NCBI GenBank assembly: GCA_045532675.1
Contig: JAZSGJ010000108.1
Location: 1 to 46,152 of the forward strand
Source: Eubacteriales bacterium
GTDB taxonomy: Bacteria; Bacillota; Clostridia; Oscillospirales; CAG-272
Length of the DNA stretch: 46,152 nt
Direction: 5' to 3'
Shown here: one piece after another, positions 1-10,677 of the stretch
How positions within the stretch are numbered: the stretch's first letter is position 1
Layout of the letters: each line of letters begins with the position of its first letter
Program-made: the position numbers and the translations under genes
The notes under the pieces: model-generated
The model's database searches: none
Told to the model about the DNA's origin: nothing
The model's input: the letters and a program-made list of their open reading frames with translations, nothing else

Positions 1-176
1 GTGAGCCAAGGAGTTGTAAAAGTTTATTGTCTCCCTAAGCCCGCTTGGCCTCCGACTTTACCGCTTTCTTGACGGAAGCGGAACGTTCGGAAAAAAGCGC
101 AAATCGGCGATAGACACGCTGTCAGCCGAGATAATTCTTCAAAATTACATTGACCGCGAAAGGAAAGGCTGAAATC

Positions 177-1265
177 ATGGAAGAAACAAAAAAGAAAAGC
201 GGCTTCAGAGGCTTTCTTGAAGCGCGCGGAGTAACTCTTTCGCCGAAACTTTATTTCGTCGACGCGATGAGCGCTATGGCTCTCGGACTTTTTGCGTCTC
301 TGCTTATGGGAACGATTTTCGGTACCGTTGCAAAATACATACCCGAGGGGAACGTTATACGCGAGTTTTTCGACCTGCTCGCAGGGGCGGGCGGAGCAAC
401 CGGCGCTGTTATCGGAATTGCAATTGCTTACGCACTGAAAGCCCCTATGCTCGTTATGCTTTCTGCAGGTGTTGTCGGCATGTTTGGCAACGCGTTTGGA
501 GCGGAGATTATGTTTGAGGGTGCGATGAAATCCGTAACTGCCGGACCGCTCGGAGCGTTCGTTTGCGTTCTTGTTGCGGTTGAGGTCGGAAAGCTTGTCT
601 CCAAGGCAACCAAGGTCGATATTCTCGTAACTCCCGCAGTAACTCTCGGCACGGGTGCCATCGTTGCTATGCTTTTGTGTCCCGTTATCGCTTACGCTAT
701 GTATTGGCTCGGTTACTTTATAAACTATACAACCACGATTTTGCCATTCCTTATGGGAATTATTATTTCGGTTGTTGTGGGTATAATTCTTACCCTTCCG
801 ATAAGCTCTGCCGCGATATGCGCCATGATTGGCATAACCGATCTTGCCGGGGGCGCGGCTGTTGCGGGCTGCTGTGCGCAGATGGTGGGCTTTGCCGTTA
901 TCTCCTTCCGTGAAAACAAATGGGGAGGTGTCGTTGCTCAGGGAATAGGAACGTCAATGCTTCAGATGGGCAATATCGTAAAAAATCCGCTTATATGGAT
1001 TCCCGCAACGCTTGCTTCTGCTATAACCGGTCCTATATCCACCTGTCTTTTCAAGCTTGAATGCACCGGAGTTTCCGCCGGTATGGGAACCTGCGGTCTC
1101 GTAGGTCCTATCGGAATTTTCAGCGATATGGGATTCACACTGACCTCAGTTATCGGAGTCCTTCTTGTATGTGTCATTTTGCCTGCGATTTTATCCTTGA
1201 TATTCTCGGAAATTATGAGAAAGCTCGGTTGGATACGCGAGGGAGATATGAAGCTTGGCCTTTGA
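177..1265 (+). CDS. polytopic membrane permease, PTS EIIC-like (PTS_EIIC_2-type)
   Basis: ORF 150..1265 is Gly/Ala-rich with about 10 hydrophobic segments. The ATG at 177 follows AGGAAAGG (161..168) and is preferred over TTG 150. The family call is from memory of similar clostridial proteins and is unverified. Confidence 0.55.
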   Translation: MEETKKKSGFRGFLEARGVTLSPKLYFVDAMSAMALGLFASLLMGTIFGTVAKYIPEGNVIREFFDLLAGAGGATGAVIGIAIAYALKAPMLVMLSAGVVGMFGNAFGAEIMFEGAMKSVTAGPLGAFVCVLVAVEVGKLVSKATKVDILVTPAVTLGTGAIVAMLLCPVIAYAMYWLGYFINYTTTILPFLMGIIISVVVGIILTLPISSAAICAMIGITDLAGGAAVAGCCAQMVGFAVISFRENKWGGVVAQGIGTSMLQMGNIVKNPLIWIPATLASAITGPISTCLFKLECTGVSAGMGTCGLVGPIGIFSDMGFTLTSVIGVLLVCVILPAILSLIFSEIMRKLGWIREGDMKLGL

Positions 1266-1297
1266 TTTTGACAAACTGTTGCTGAAAGGAAAATGCT

Positions 1298-2746
1298 ATG
1301 TCTAATTTTAATAATACTTTGCTCTGTGATTTCTATGAGCTGACTATGGCTAACGGCTATTTTGAACTTGGAAAGGGAGACGAGATTGCTTATTTCGACG
1401 TATTCTTTCGCAAGGTGCCCGACGGCGGCGGATTCGCTATTGCCGCGGGACTTGAGCAGGTTATAGAATATATCAAAACTCTTAAATTTACCGATGAAGA
1501 TATATCCTTTCTCAGTGAGAAAAATATTTTCTCGGAAGGATTTCTTAACTACCTTAAGGACTTCCGTTTTACGGGAGATATATACGCAGTTCCCGAGGGA
1601 ACTCCCGTTTTTCCCGGCGAGCCGCTTATGACGGTGCGCGCGCCTTCTATTGAAGCGCAGTTTATCGAGACGTTTTTGCTTCTTTCACTTAACCATCAGT
1701 CGCTTATCGCAACGAAAGCAAACAGGGTTGTTAGAGCCGCAGACGGCAGACCCGTGGCAGAATTCGGCTCTCGCCGCGCGCAAGGCGCTGACGGAGCGAT
1801 ACTCGGCGCAAGAGCCGCTTATATCGGCGGATGCGCGGCTACGGCATGCACAATCTCGGACAGGGATTACGCAATTCCTGCGACGGGAACTATGGCTCAT
1901 TCCTGGGTGCAGATGTTTGATACGGAGTACGACGCTTTCGTTTCGTACTGCAAAATGTATCCGAACAACGCAACCCTTCTCGTTGATACCTACGACGTTC
2001 TTAAAAGCGGAGTTCCGAACGCTATCCGCGCGTTTAAAGAGATTCTTTTGCCCCTCGGAATTACAAGGTGCGGAATAAGACTTGATTCGGGAGATATAAC
2101 CTATCTTTCCAAAAAGGCAAGAAAAATGCTTGACGATGCAGGGCTTACCGAGTGCAAGATTGTAGTTTCAAATTCTCTTGACGAAAATATAATCCGCGAT
2201 ATAATCCATCAGGGAGCAAAAATCGATTCCTTCGGTGTCGGCGAGCGTCTTATAACAGCGAAATCACAGCCGGTGTTTGGCGGTGTGTATAAGCTTGTCG
2301 CAAAGGAAGAGGGGGGAGAGGTAATTCCCAAAATCAAGATATCCGAAAATCCCGAGAAGATAACTAACCCTCATTTCAAAAAGGTTTACAGAATATACGA
2401 TAACGAAACGGGAAAGGCGTCTGCCGACCTGCTCTGCGTATATGACGAGGAAATTGATACGGATAAGCCGCTTGAGATATTTGACCCGATTGAAACCTGG
2501 AAGAAAAAGGAGTTTACGAATTATACTCTGCGTGAGCTTTTAGTTCCGATTTTCAAGGACGGTGAGTGTGTCTATAAAACTCCGCATATATCTGAAATTC
2601 AGAGGTATTGCAAGGAGCAGATTGAGACGCTGTGGGACGAGGTTAAAAGATTTGAAAACCCGCATAAATATTACGTTGACCTTTCCGAGAAACTTTGGAA
2701 TATAAAAATGTCGCTTCTTAAAAACGGCGGAAAGAAAAATAGTTAA
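1298..2746 (+). CDS. pncB: nicotinate phosphoribosyltransferase
   Basis: 482 aa. The N-terminus LLCDFYELTMANGYF and the segments GTMAHSWVQ and SGD..YLS are typical of NAPRTase. A GGAAA-rich RBS lies upstream. Confidence 0.9.
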   Translation: MSNFNNTLLCDFYELTMANGYFELGKGDEIAYFDVFFRKVPDGGGFAIAAGLEQVIEYIKTLKFTDEDISFLSEKNIFSEGFLNYLKDFRFTGDIYAVPEGTPVFPGEPLMTVRAPSIEAQFIETFLLLSLNHQSLIATKANRVVRAADGRPVAEFGSRRAQGADGAILGARAAYIGGCAATACTISDRDYAIPATGTMAHSWVQMFDTEYDAFVSYCKMYPNNATLLVDTYDVLKSGVPNAIRAFKEILLPLGITRCGIRLDSGDITYLSKKARKMLDDAGLTECKIVVSNSLDENIIRDIIHQGAKIDSFGVGERLITAKSQPVFGGVYKLVAKEEGGEVIPKIKISENPEKITNPHFKKVYRIYDNETGKASADLLCVYDEEIDTDKPLEIFDPIETWKKKEFTNYTLRELLVPIFKDGECVYKTPHISEIQRYCKEQIETLWDEVKRFENPHKYYVDLSEKLWNIKMSLLKNGGKKNS

Positions 2747-2857
2747 GCAGAATATTCGCCGTGTCTTCTGAGATAAATATGCTAACAACGCATGAATCGA
2801 AATATTTTTGACGTATATTCGATGAATAGTCTTTGCTTTTAGCGGGGGGCTTGAAGG

Positions 2858-2897
2858 AAAAATCCCACAGACAAAACAACGGTCTGTGGGATTTTTA
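2858..2897. terminator. bidirectional intrinsic terminator between pncB and the convergent HTH gene
   Basis: An 11-bp perfect stem, atcccacagac (2862..2872) with gtctgtgggat (2882..2892), is flanked by an A-run on the 5' side and a T-run on the 3' side. Confidence 0.75.
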
Positions 2898-2899
2898 TG

Positions 2900-3208
2900 T
2901 TATTTGTTATTCATAACGTCAAGAAGATTCTTTACGGCATTCTTCTGCTCAACTGTGAGGTTGACCCAACTGTCAAAGAGCTCCTTGAGCTCGGGTGTCA
3001 GCTCCACCATTTCACCCTCTGCGAAAAATTGCGAAAGTGTTATTCCAAATCCTTTGCAGATGTATTCCAGTGTAACCGGAGATGGTACGGAATTCCTTTT
3101 AAAAATGTTTGCGATAGTAGATTCGTTTAATCCACAAGCTTTTGCAAGTCTGTATTCAGTCCAATTTCTGTCTTTAAGAATTTGCTTAAGTTTATTATTT
3201 ATATCCAT
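2900..3208 (-). CDS. XRE-family helix-turn-helix transcriptional regulator
   Basis: 102 aa. LKDRNWTEYRLAKACGLNESTIANIFK is a classic Cro/C1-type HTH. Confidence 0.85.
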   Translation of the reverse strand: MDINNKLKQILKDRNWTEYRLAKACGLNESTIANIFKRNSVPSPVTLEYICKGFGITLSQFFAEGEMVELTPELKELFDSWVNLTVEQKNAVKNLLDVMNNK

Positions 3209-3323
3209 AATACATCTACCGCCTTTTTGTAAATATTTTACCTCTAAATTGAAAAATATTATACAGTATACTTGTATTTTTATTGCCGTTATGTTAAACT
3301 ATATAAAAAGGAGATTTAAAATT

Positions 3324-3533
3324 ATGAATTCAAAAGACAAAAATATTGACGAATTATCAGATAATGAAATCCTTAAGGAGGCGTTTGTGAATGCAACGCT
3401 CAGAGAGGTTGATAGGATGTTAGAAAATTGCGAGGAAACATCTGAGGTTTCCGACGCATATAAAAAAAGAATGAATAAGATGTTTAAGGATATGGGAAGC
3501 TCATTTGTTCCTTATTCTGACATGACCGAATGA
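3324..3533 (+). CDS. small acidic hypothetical protein (69 aa)
   Basis: This is the 3' part of ORF 2886..3533. The ATG at 3324 lies 7 nt after AAAGGAG. The upstream part of the long ORF is antisense to the HTH gene and was discarded. Confidence 0.4.
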   Translation: MNSKDKNIDELSDNEILKEAFVNATLREVDRMLENCEETSEVSDAYKKRMNKMFKDMGSSFVPYSDMTE

Positions 3534-3683
3534 TTTTTACGTAGCTCTTGATAATTAAAAAGAGTGTAGCTCAAGTTCAGTAACCGAGCCACCCTCTTAC
3601 GTTTGGGGTTATGATATGTGAAGTTTCGGAATTTTTTTGGTTTTCAATTTGCTAAATAAATGAGCTGTGCGGCTATGCGAAAA

Positions 3684-4658
3684 TTATCTATCCGCTTCTG
3701 TGCGCAGAAGCTCTAATGCTTTTTTAAAATTATCCGGAAGCTCGCATTCAAATGTCATTCGCTCCTTTGTTCTCGGGTGGGTAAGCGTAAGCTTCTTTGC
3801 GTGAAGTGTTTGACCGTCAAACAGGGAGGCGTGTTGCTTTTCAAAGCGCGTTTTAGTCTTTGAATACACTTCGTCACCAAGCAGGGAATGTCCGATATAC
3901 GCCATATGGACTCTTATCTGGTGAGTCCTGCCGGTCTCGAGCAGGAGCTTAAGATAGCTCTTATCGCCGAAGCGCTCAAGCACGGTATAATGTGTTACAG
4001 CTTCCTTCGCATGAGCGTTGCCTGTAAGTACAGCCATTTTCTTTCTGTCAACGAGGTGCCTGCCGATTGGCGCGTCTACCGTACCCGTGTCAACTTTAAA
4101 ACCGCCGCTGACAAGCGCGTGATATTCGCGAAGGATGCCGTGATGCTCAAGCTCCTCTGAAAGAGCTATATGCGCGGCGTCGTTTTTTGCAACAACGAGA
4201 AGTCCGCTTGTGTCCTTGTCTATTCTGTGTACGATTCCGGGGCGGATAACTCCACCGATTCCCGAAAGGGAATCCTTACAGTGATAAAGAAGAGCGTTAA
4301 CAAGTGTGCCTGTATAGTTTCCTGGAGCGGGATGAACCACCATGCCCGACGGTTTATTTACAACGAGGATATCGCTATCCTCATATACGATATCCAACGG
4401 AATGTTTTCGGGAATAGCCTCTGAGGGCTCGGGCTCGGGAAGGGTGATTTCTATTTCGTCGCCTGCCTTTATCTGATACTTTTTCTGAGAAGAATTGCGT
4501 GACACGGTTACCGCACCGCACTCAATAAGCTTCGCCGCGGCACTTCTTGATAGGTCGGAAATTTCCGAAACCAAAAGGTCAAGTCTTTTTCCTGCATCGT
4601 TTTCGGTAGCGAGGTATATCACTTTGTGTCGCCTCGCTTTTCTTTTTTTATTTTCCAT
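3684..4658 (-). CDS. rluD: RluA/RluD-family 23S rRNA pseudouridine synthase
   Basis: It has an S4-like N-terminus (GKRLDLLVSE) and the catalytic HRIDKDTSGLLVVAK motif. An alternative GTG start at 4622 overlaps the lspA stop (GTGA). Confidence 0.9.
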   Translation of the reverse strand: MENKKRKARRHKVIYLATENDAGKRLDLLVSEISDLSRSAAAKLIECGAVTVSRNSSQKKYQIKAGDEIEITLPEPEPSEAIPENIPLDIVYEDSDILVVNKPSGMVVHPAPGNYTGTLVNALLYHCKDSLSGIGGVIRPGIVHRIDKDTSGLLVVAKNDAAHIALSEELEHHGILREYHALVSGGFKVDTGTVDAPIGRHLVDRKKMAVLTGNAHAKEAVTHYTVLERFGDKSYLKLLLETGRTHQIRVHMAYIGHSLLGDEVYSKTKTRFEKQHASLFDGQTLHAKKLTLTHPRTKERMTFECELPDNFKKALELLRTEADR

Positions 4659-5128
4659 TCCTTCGATATATCAACGATAAGTGCTAAAACGAGCAACGCA
4701 GCGCCCACGCAAACGAGGGTATCAGCTCCGTTGAATACGGCAAAATTGATAAGACGGAAATCGATAAAATCAACAACGTACCCAAGAGCAATTCGGTCTA
4801 TCATATTTCCGATACCGCCCGAAATTATGAGAGAGACGCTAACCGTGTAAAGCTTTTTTTGAGAAAATCCACCGTAAAGGAAGACTAAAAGGCAGACTAT
4901 CATTATTGTCGAAAGCGTCATAAACACCCATCTTGAATCCGAAAGCATACCAAATGCCGCGCCTCTGTTTTCAACATAGGTCAAGTGAAGAACGCCTTCG
5001 ATAAGCGACTTGGTTGCTATATTCTTAAGATACCTGACGGCTAAAAGCTTAGTTAGTTGGTCAATAACGATACCGCCGATAATTATAGCCGAATATATAA
5101 CGTAATCAATAAGTTTTAGTTTTTTCAA
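4619..5128 (-). CDS. lspA: lipoprotein signal peptidase II
   Basis: 169 aa with four TM segments. The NRGAAFG and FNGAD motifs are typical of LspA. Confidence 0.9.
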   Translation of the reverse strand: MKKLKLIDYVIYSAIIIGGIVIDQLTKLLAVRYLKNIATKSLIEGVLHLTYVENRGAAFGMLSDSRWVFMTLSTIMIVCLLVFLYGGFSQKKLYTVSVSLIISGGIGNMIDRIALGYVVDFIDFRLINFAVFNGADTLVCVGAALLVLALIVDISKEWKIKKEKRGDTK

Positions 5129-5157
5129 ATTTAAATACCTTCTTTTCCTGTATTGCT

Positions 5158-5433
5158 CTATATTACGGGAAGCATATATTTAAGCAAAATTAACACGAGA
5201 TAGGATACCGTGAATGACCAATCGATAGGCGAATCCTGCAAGATGTTAAATTTGAACATAATCCATCGGATAGGCAGAATGAATGGCTCACTTATACAGA
5301 ACGCAAATTTATAAACGATGCTGTCCTCGGGATTAAAAAAGATCGGGAGAAGCATTCTTATTATCATTGCGAGCGTAATGACATCAAGCCATATATCGAC
5401 TGCTTTGGCTATTATAAAAAATACTGTTTCCAT
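5158..5433 (-). CDS. YggT-family membrane protein
   Basis: 91 aa with two TM segments. It sits in the conserved yggS-sepF-yggT context. Confidence 0.8.
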   Translation of the reverse strand: METVFFIIAKAVDIWLDVITLAMIIRMLLPIFFNPEDSIVYKFAFCISEPFILPIRWIMFKFNILQDSPIDWSFTVSYLVLILLKYMLPVI

Positions 5434-5480
5434 TTTTCTCCGTACAAAAAAACGGCGGCACGTACCGCCATTTTTGTGAT

Positions 5481-5864
5481 TTATTTTTCTACGTTGATAC
5501 CGCTCGGGGTGATAATATAGGTTCCCTGGGAAACATTTTTAACCTCGCCGCCGGTAGTGTAGGTAACTCCGTTCAAGAAATCGAGCATTCTTGTAACAGA
5601 AACCCTGTCGAGTATCTCAAGATTAAGAACTACCGTGCAACCGTCGATAAGATAGTCGGCGATAGTAAAAATCTCTTCCATTGATTCGGGTCGAACGACC
5701 TTAAGCTCCATGTTGCCTTCGAGCGTCGTGTTTTTCTGGGGAGCAGGCTCCTCATTTACTTCCGGAATCGCCGCTGTAATTCTTTCTTCCTCGTAGGGCT
5801 TAAAGGTTATTTCCTCTTCTTCATTCGTTGCCTGAGCAAGTTTTTTTCTGAGTGATTCAAACAT
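5481..5864 (-). CDS. sepF: cell division protein SepF
   Basis: 127 aa. The C-terminal domain VVRPESMEEIFTIADYLIDGCTVVLNLE...ITPSGINV is SepF-like. Confidence 0.85.
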   Translation of the reverse strand: MFESLRKKLAQATNEEEEITFKPYEEERITAAIPEVNEEPAPQKNTTLEGNMELKVVRPESMEEIFTIADYLIDGCTVVLNLEILDRVSVTRMLDFLNGVTYTTGGEVKNVSQGTYIITPSGINVEK

Positions 5865-5901
5865 TTTTCTGTCTCCTTCTATTCTTTACCGTCTATGTTT
5901 T

Positions 5902-6594
5902 TTATTTTTTGAAAAGTTTGCGGCCGACTCTCACGAGCGTCGAGCCTTCTTCTATCGCGACCCTGTATGAATCGCTCATTCCCATAGAAAGCGTTGCTCC
6001 CTCGCCGAAACCGTAGCTTGCGTTCAGCTTATCGAAAAGAGCCTTTGTTTCTTTGAAATAAGGTCTCAGTTCTTCGGGATTTTCCGAAACGGGTCCCATA
6101 GTCATGAGTCCGGATATTTTTATATTTTTAAAATCGCTTATTTCGTATAGGAAACGCTCGGTATCTTCAGGGAAAACACCGCTTTTTTGCTCTTCCTTCG
6201 CCGAGTTGACCTCTATTAAAATCGGGATAACTCTTCCGCGTGCCTCGGCGTGTCTGTTTATATCTTTCGCGAGCGCAAAGCTGTCAACCGAGTGTATCAT
6301 ATATACCGAATCGGCTATAAGCTTTATCTTATTTCTTTGCAGAGTTCCGATTTCATGCATTCTCGGCGAGTAACCTGCCCCTCTCAGAAGCTCGCCTCGC
6401 CTCATAACCTCACCGGGACGGTTTTCTCCTATATCGACAGCGCCAAAGGATGCAAGAGCTAAAAGCTCCCCGTCGTTTCCGCTTTTCGTTACCGAGACGA
6501 GCGTCGGCGCCTTTATGCCTAGCCTGTCGGCCAAGAAGTCAATTTCACCAATAAGGGATTCGTAATTATTCTTTATATAATTAAAATTATCCAT
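5902..6594 (-). CDS. YggS-family pyridoxal-phosphate-binding protein
   Basis: The VSVTKS (PLP lysine) and IGTLQRNK motifs are present. The ATG at 6594 lies 6 nt after AGGTG and is preferred over GTG 6603. Confidence 0.85.
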   Translation of the reverse strand: MDNFNYIKNNYESLIGEIDFLADRLGIKAPTLVSVTKSGNDGELLALASFGAVDIGENRPGEVMRRGELLRGAGYSPRMHEIGTLQRNKIKLIADSVYMIHSVDSFALAKDINRHAEARGRVIPILIEVNSAKEEQKSGVFPEDTERFLYEISDFKNIKISGLMTMGPVSENPEELRPYFKETKALFDKLNASYGFGEGATLSMGMSDSYRVAIEEGSTLVRVGRKLFKK

Positions 6595-6678
6595 TTTAAA
6601 CACCTACTACATTACATTATAACATTGTTCACAGCGTTTTTCAAGTATTTTATAAAAATATTTTACAATATATAGGTG

Positions 6679-6707
6679 TTGATTTTTGCGCGCGTATATG
6701 TTATAAT
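6679..6707 (+). promoter_or_regulatory. sigma-A-type promoter for mrnC-hisS
   Basis: TTGATT (6679..6684), a 17-bp spacer, then TATAAT (6702..6707). Confidence 0.5.
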
Positions 6708-6742
6708 ATATAAATAAATATAACTGAGCAGGACTTCAACAT

Positions 6743-7150
6743 ATGGATTCAAAATTTAGAGGCACGTCTCTTCCAACCGTTGCGGCGCTTTCGTACCTCG
6801 GAGACGCTCGGCATTCGCTGTACGTCAGACGAATGCTGATTGAAAGAGGACTCTGCAAATCGGCAGACCTTAATAAAGCAGCGCTGAATTACGTTACTGC
6901 AGCGGCGCAGGCGAGAATGTATGAAAAAATAGAGGATTTACTTCTTCCAGAGGAGAAGGATGTTTTCAAAAGAGCGTCGAATTCAACGCATCTTAACAAA
7001 CCCAAGCATGCAAGCGGCAAGGATTACAGATGCGCGACAGGCTTTGAGGCTGTTATAGGAATGCTTGTTTGGCAAAAGAACGAAGAAAGACTTGAATTTT
7101 TACTTGATAAATCACATAAAGAGGACATGGAAAATGATACAGAGAATTAA
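6743..7150 (+). CDS. mrnC: mini-ribonuclease III
   Basis: 135 aa. LSYLGDARHSLYVR and the GFEAVIG RNase III-like signature match Mini-III. Confidence 0.85.
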   Translation: MDSKFRGTSLPTVAALSYLGDARHSLYVRRMLIERGLCKSADLNKAALNYVTAAAQARMYEKIEDLLLPEEKDVFKRASNSTHLNKPKHASGKDYRCATGFEAVIGMLVWQKNEERLEFLLDKSHKEDMENDTEN

Positions 7151-8375
7151 AGGTACAATGGATATTCTCCCCACTGAAACCCCACTTTTCAGATATATTG
7201 AGGGTATAATGCGTGAGGAAGCTGAAAAATACGGTTACGGAGAGATAAGAACCCCCACTTTTGAAAATACAGAGCTTTTTGTCAGAGGCGTTGGAGACAC
7301 TACCGACGTAGTACAGAAGGAGATGTATACCTTCAGCGACAGAGAAGAGAACCGTTCTATCTCGCTTCGCCCTGAGGGAACGGCATCGGTTGCGCGCGCA
7401 ATCATCGAGAACGGAAAATGCTCCGACCCTATGCCGCTTAAATATTATTACATCATATCCTGCTTCCGCCACGAGAAGCCGCAGGCGGGAAGAAGCCGCG
7501 AGTTTTTTCAGTTCGGAACGGAGACCTTCGGCGCGGAAAGCCCGGCAGCCGATGCAACTGTAATAGCTCTTGCCGCATCGGTTATACGCTGCCTCGGACT
7601 TAAGAACGTAAAGCTCCACATAAATTCAATAGGTTGCAAGGAGTGCAGACCCGCATACCGTGCATCTCTCGTTGATTATTACAAATCAAAGGAAAGCACT
7701 CTTTGTGATACCTGTAAGACGAGACTTGATAAAAATCCATTAAGACTTCTTGACTGCAAAAATCCCGATTGCGCGGCTCTTGCAAAGAGCGCTCCCAAAA
7801 CGGTGGATCATCTTTGCGATGCTTGCACCAAAAAGTTCGATATGCTTAAAGCGTCACTTGACGCCATGGGGATCGATTACGTGGTTGATTCATCAATAGT
7901 GCGCGGGCTTGATTACTATACGGGGGTCGTGTTTGAATTTATTGCCGAGGGCATAGGAGCTCAGTCGACGGTTTGCGGCGGCGGCCGTTACGACGGACTT
8001 GTTGAGTCGCTTGGCGGACCTGCTCTGTCAGGCATAGGATTCGGAATGGGAATTACCCGTATAATTCTCGCTATGCGTGAGCAGGGGCTTGACAATATCA
8101 CATCTTCTGTGCCGAAACTCTATATTGCGGCTCTCGGAGAACGCGCGACCGTAAAGGCGCTTGAGATTACAGAGAGACTCCGCAAGGAGGGAAAATACGT
8201 TGAATGCGATATCGTTGGAAGAAGCCTTAAGGCGCAGATGAAGTACGCGAACAAAATCGGCGCGGAATATACGCTTATAATTGGCGATTCGGAGATAGAC
8301 GCGGGTCGCGCTCAGCTTAAAAACATGGCTGACGGAGAGCAGACAGAGGTTGAACTTTCGAGCTTTTCCATTTGA
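7134..8375 (+). CDS. hisS: histidine--tRNA ligase
   Basis: MIQRIKGTMDILP is the canonical HisRS N-terminus. The ATG at 7134 follows AGAGGA. It overlaps the mrnC 3' end by 17 nt. Confidence 0.95.
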   Translation: MIQRIKGTMDILPTETPLFRYIEGIMREEAEKYGYGEIRTPTFENTELFVRGVGDTTDVVQKEMYTFSDREENRSISLRPEGTASVARAIIENGKCSDPMPLKYYYIISCFRHEKPQAGRSREFFQFGTETFGAESPAADATVIALAASVIRCLGLKNVKLHINSIGCKECRPAYRASLVDYYKSKESTLCDTCKTRLDKNPLRLLDCKNPDCAALAKSAPKTVDHLCDACTKKFDMLKASLDAMGIDYVVDSSIVRGLDYYTGVVFEFIAEGIGAQSTVCGGGRYDGLVESLGGPALSGIGFGMGITRIILAMREQGLDNITSSVPKLYIAALGERATVKALEITERLRKEGKYVECDIVGRSLKAQMKYANKIGAEYTLIIGDSEIDAGRAQLKNMADGEQTEVELSSFSI

Positions 8376-8407
8376 TTTTAAATTAAATTTAAAAAGGCAA
8401 TGACGCA

Positions 8408-10384
8408 ATGAAACAAAGGCTTGATTTTCTGCCGACAACACCCGAGGACGTTCGGGAAAGAAATTGGTCGGATATAGATTTCGTATACGTAACGGGCGAT
8501 GCATACGTGGATCACCCGTCCTTTGGTGCAGCTATAATTACGAGAGTTCTTGAGGCGGAGGGGTTTCACGTTGCCGTAATTGCTCAACCCGATTATAAAA
8601 GCTGCGAGGATTTCAAAAGATTCGGGAAGCCGAGACTTGCTTTCCTCGTATCAAGCGGAAATATTGATTCAATGGTAGCTCATTACACCGTTTCAAAAAA
8701 GAAACGGAGCTACGACTATTACAGCCCCGGCGGCAAGGCGGGAAAAAGACCTGACAGGGCTGTTATAGTATACTGTAACAGAATAAGAGAAGCCTACGGC
8801 GACGTGCCGATAATAATAGGCGGACTTGAAGCATCACTTCGCCGCTTTGCCCATTACGATTATTGGGATAACAAGGTTAGAAGAAGTATACTCGTTGATT
8901 CGAGAGCCGATATTCTTACCTACGGAATGGGAGAAAATATAATTACCAGAATAGCAAAGCTGCTTGATAAGGGTGTTCCAATAAAAAAAATACGCGACGT
9001 GCGCGGATGCGTATACCTTGCAAAAGCGGGAGAGAAGATATACTTCGATTCGGTAGAGGTCGGGGATTACGATGTATTGAAGGAAGATAAGCGAGCCTAT
9101 GCGAAGGCGTTTTCCGTTCAGTATAAAAATACCGATTCTGTGAGGGGAAAGGCTGTGGTTGAGTATTACGGCGAAAAGATGCTTGTGCAGAATCCGCCGA
9201 TGCCGCCGCTTGAGCGCGAGGAGCTTGATCGAGTTTACGCGCTTCCTTACGCTAGGGATTACCATCCCGACTATGACGCGGATGGCGGTGTTCCCGCTAT
9301 CACCGAGGTGAAATTTTCTATAACCCATAACAGAGGATGCTTTGGCGCGTGTAATTTCTGCGCGCTTGCCTTTCACCAGGGGCGCGAGGTGCGCTCAAGA
9401 AGTATTAAAAGCGTCCTTTCCGAAGCCGAAAAGATTGCTGCCTTGCACGATTTCAAGGGATATATCAACGACGTTGGCGGTCCTACTGCGAATTTCAGAT
9501 ATCCGTCCTGCGATAAGCAAAAGGAGTGCGGAGTTTGTCCGAATAAAAAATGCCTTGCTCCAACACCATGCAAAAATTTAAAAATCGACCACAAGGAATA
9601 CGCCCTCATGCTTTCGGAAATCGAGAAGATAAAGGGAATTAAAAAGGTATTCGTACGTTCGGGTATACGCTTTGACTATCTTTTATATGACGATGACGAT
9701 TCCTTTTTTAAACAGCTCGTCGAGCGCCACGTTTCGGGGCAGCTGAAGGTTGCGCCCGAGCATTGCTCAAACGCGACACTCGGTATGATGGGGAAACCGC
9801 CTGTCGAGGTGTTTGAAAAGTTCAAGAAAAAATATTTCGAGCTTACCGCAAAAGCAGGACTTGAGCAGTATCTCGTGCCATACCTCATGTCAAGCCATCC
9901 CGGTTCCACCATGAAGGATGCGGTAGAAATGGCTCTCTGGCTCAAAAAGTGGGGCTATTCTCCCGAGCAGGTGCAGGATTTTTATCCCACACCCGGAACG
10001 ATATCAACGGTAATGTACTATACGGGTATTCACCCTATGACGGGTAAGAGCGTTTACGTCACTACAGATTACAGAGAAAAACAGCTTCAAAGAGCTCTTC
10101 TGCAGTATTCAAAACCCGAAAACGCAAATCTCGTAAGAGAGGCACTCAGACTTGCGGGAAGAGAGGATTTAATAGGAAACGGTCCGGAATTCTTAGTAAG
10201 AGCGGCTTTCGGTCAGACGGAAAAGGGCGAATATAGGCCTCAAAAGCAAAACTTAAACAATAAAAAGGACTTGAAGAAGAACTTTTCTCCAAAGAAAAAG
10301 TCGGGTTTTGTTTCAAAAACATCCAAAAACTCAAGAGCTGGTAAAAATAGCGGAAAAGCTTCTGTGACAAGAAGAAGAAAATGA
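8408..10384 (+). CDS. YgiQ-family radical SAM protein
   Basis: 658 aa. The N-terminus is [34 protein letters not shown] and the Cys cluster is CFGACNFC. The C-terminal tail is Lys/Ser-rich. Confidence 0.9.
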   Translation: MKQRLDFLPTTPEDVRERNWSDIDFVYVTGDAYVDHPSFGAAIITRVLEAEGFHVAVIAQPDYKSCEDFKRFGKPRLAFLVSSGNIDSMVAHYTVSKKKRSYDYYSPGGKAGKRPDRAVIVYCNRIREAYGDVPIIIGGLEASLRRFAHYDYWDNKVRRSILVDSRADILTYGMGENIITRIAKLLDKGVPIKKIRDVRGCVYLAKAGEKIYFDSVEVGDYDVLKEDKRAYAKAFSVQYKNTDSVRGKAVVEYYGEKMLVQNPPMPPLEREELDRVYALPYARDYHPDYDADGGVPAITEVKFSITHNRGCFGACNFCALAFHQGREVRSRSIKSVLSEAEKIAALHDFKGYINDVGGPTANFRYPSCDKQKECGVCPNKKCLAPTPCKNLKIDHKEYALMLSEIEKIKGIKKVFVRSGIRFDYLLYDDDDSFFKQLVERHVSGQLKVAPEHCSNATLGMMGKPPVEVFEKFKKKYFELTAKAGLEQYLVPYLMSSHPGSTMKDAVEMALWLKKWGYSPEQVQDFYPTPGTISTVMYYTGIHPMTGKSVYVTTDYREKQLQRALLQYSKPENANLVREALRLAGREDLIGNGPEFLVRAAFGQTEKGEYRPQKQNLNNKKDLKKNFSPKKKSGFVSKTSKNSRAGKNSGKASVTRRRK

Positions 10385-10569
10385 GCAAATTCGCCAATAC
10401 TCACTCTATTGTAGTAATTATTGCGAACTTGTTGGAGCGAAAAAATACGGCAGAAATACAAATGTTAAAAAAACAGCAAATTATACCGAAATATTGAGGT
10501 GTATAATAAAAAACGGAAAAGTGGTTTTTTTGATAAAATTGGCTTTTCAACATCCTCAGTATGTTTGAT

Positions 10570-10677
10570 TGTGGAAAATTTGTTGACATTCAAGTTCAAT
10601 CCAAGAGAAAAACAACGAAAATCGCACTTTTTCGACAAAATGTTTTCCACAATTTCAACATTTTTGAATGTGGAAAA
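10570..10677. promoter_or_regulatory. cluster of three identical DnaA-box-like 9-mers (TTTTCCACA)
   Basis: TGTGGAAAA at 10570..10578, TTTTCCACA at 10643..10651 and TGTGGAAAA at 10669..10677. Each differs by one base from TTATCCACA. A Spo0A-box-like TTCGACA lies at 10631..10637. Confidence 0.4.

Noticed and set aside
2886-3323. The N-terminal 146 codons of the 215-aa ORF 2886..3533.
   Set aside because: This part is antisense to the well-supported XRE HTH gene (2900..3208) and crosses the divergent promoter region. Only the last 69 codons, starting at an ATG with an AAAGGAG RBS, are plausible.
6604-7133. A T-box leader expected upstream of hisS.
   Set aside because: hisS overlaps the 3' end of mrnC by 17 nt, so there is no leader. 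The 139-bp region upstream of mrnC holds only a promoter and no specifier or T-box-like sequence.
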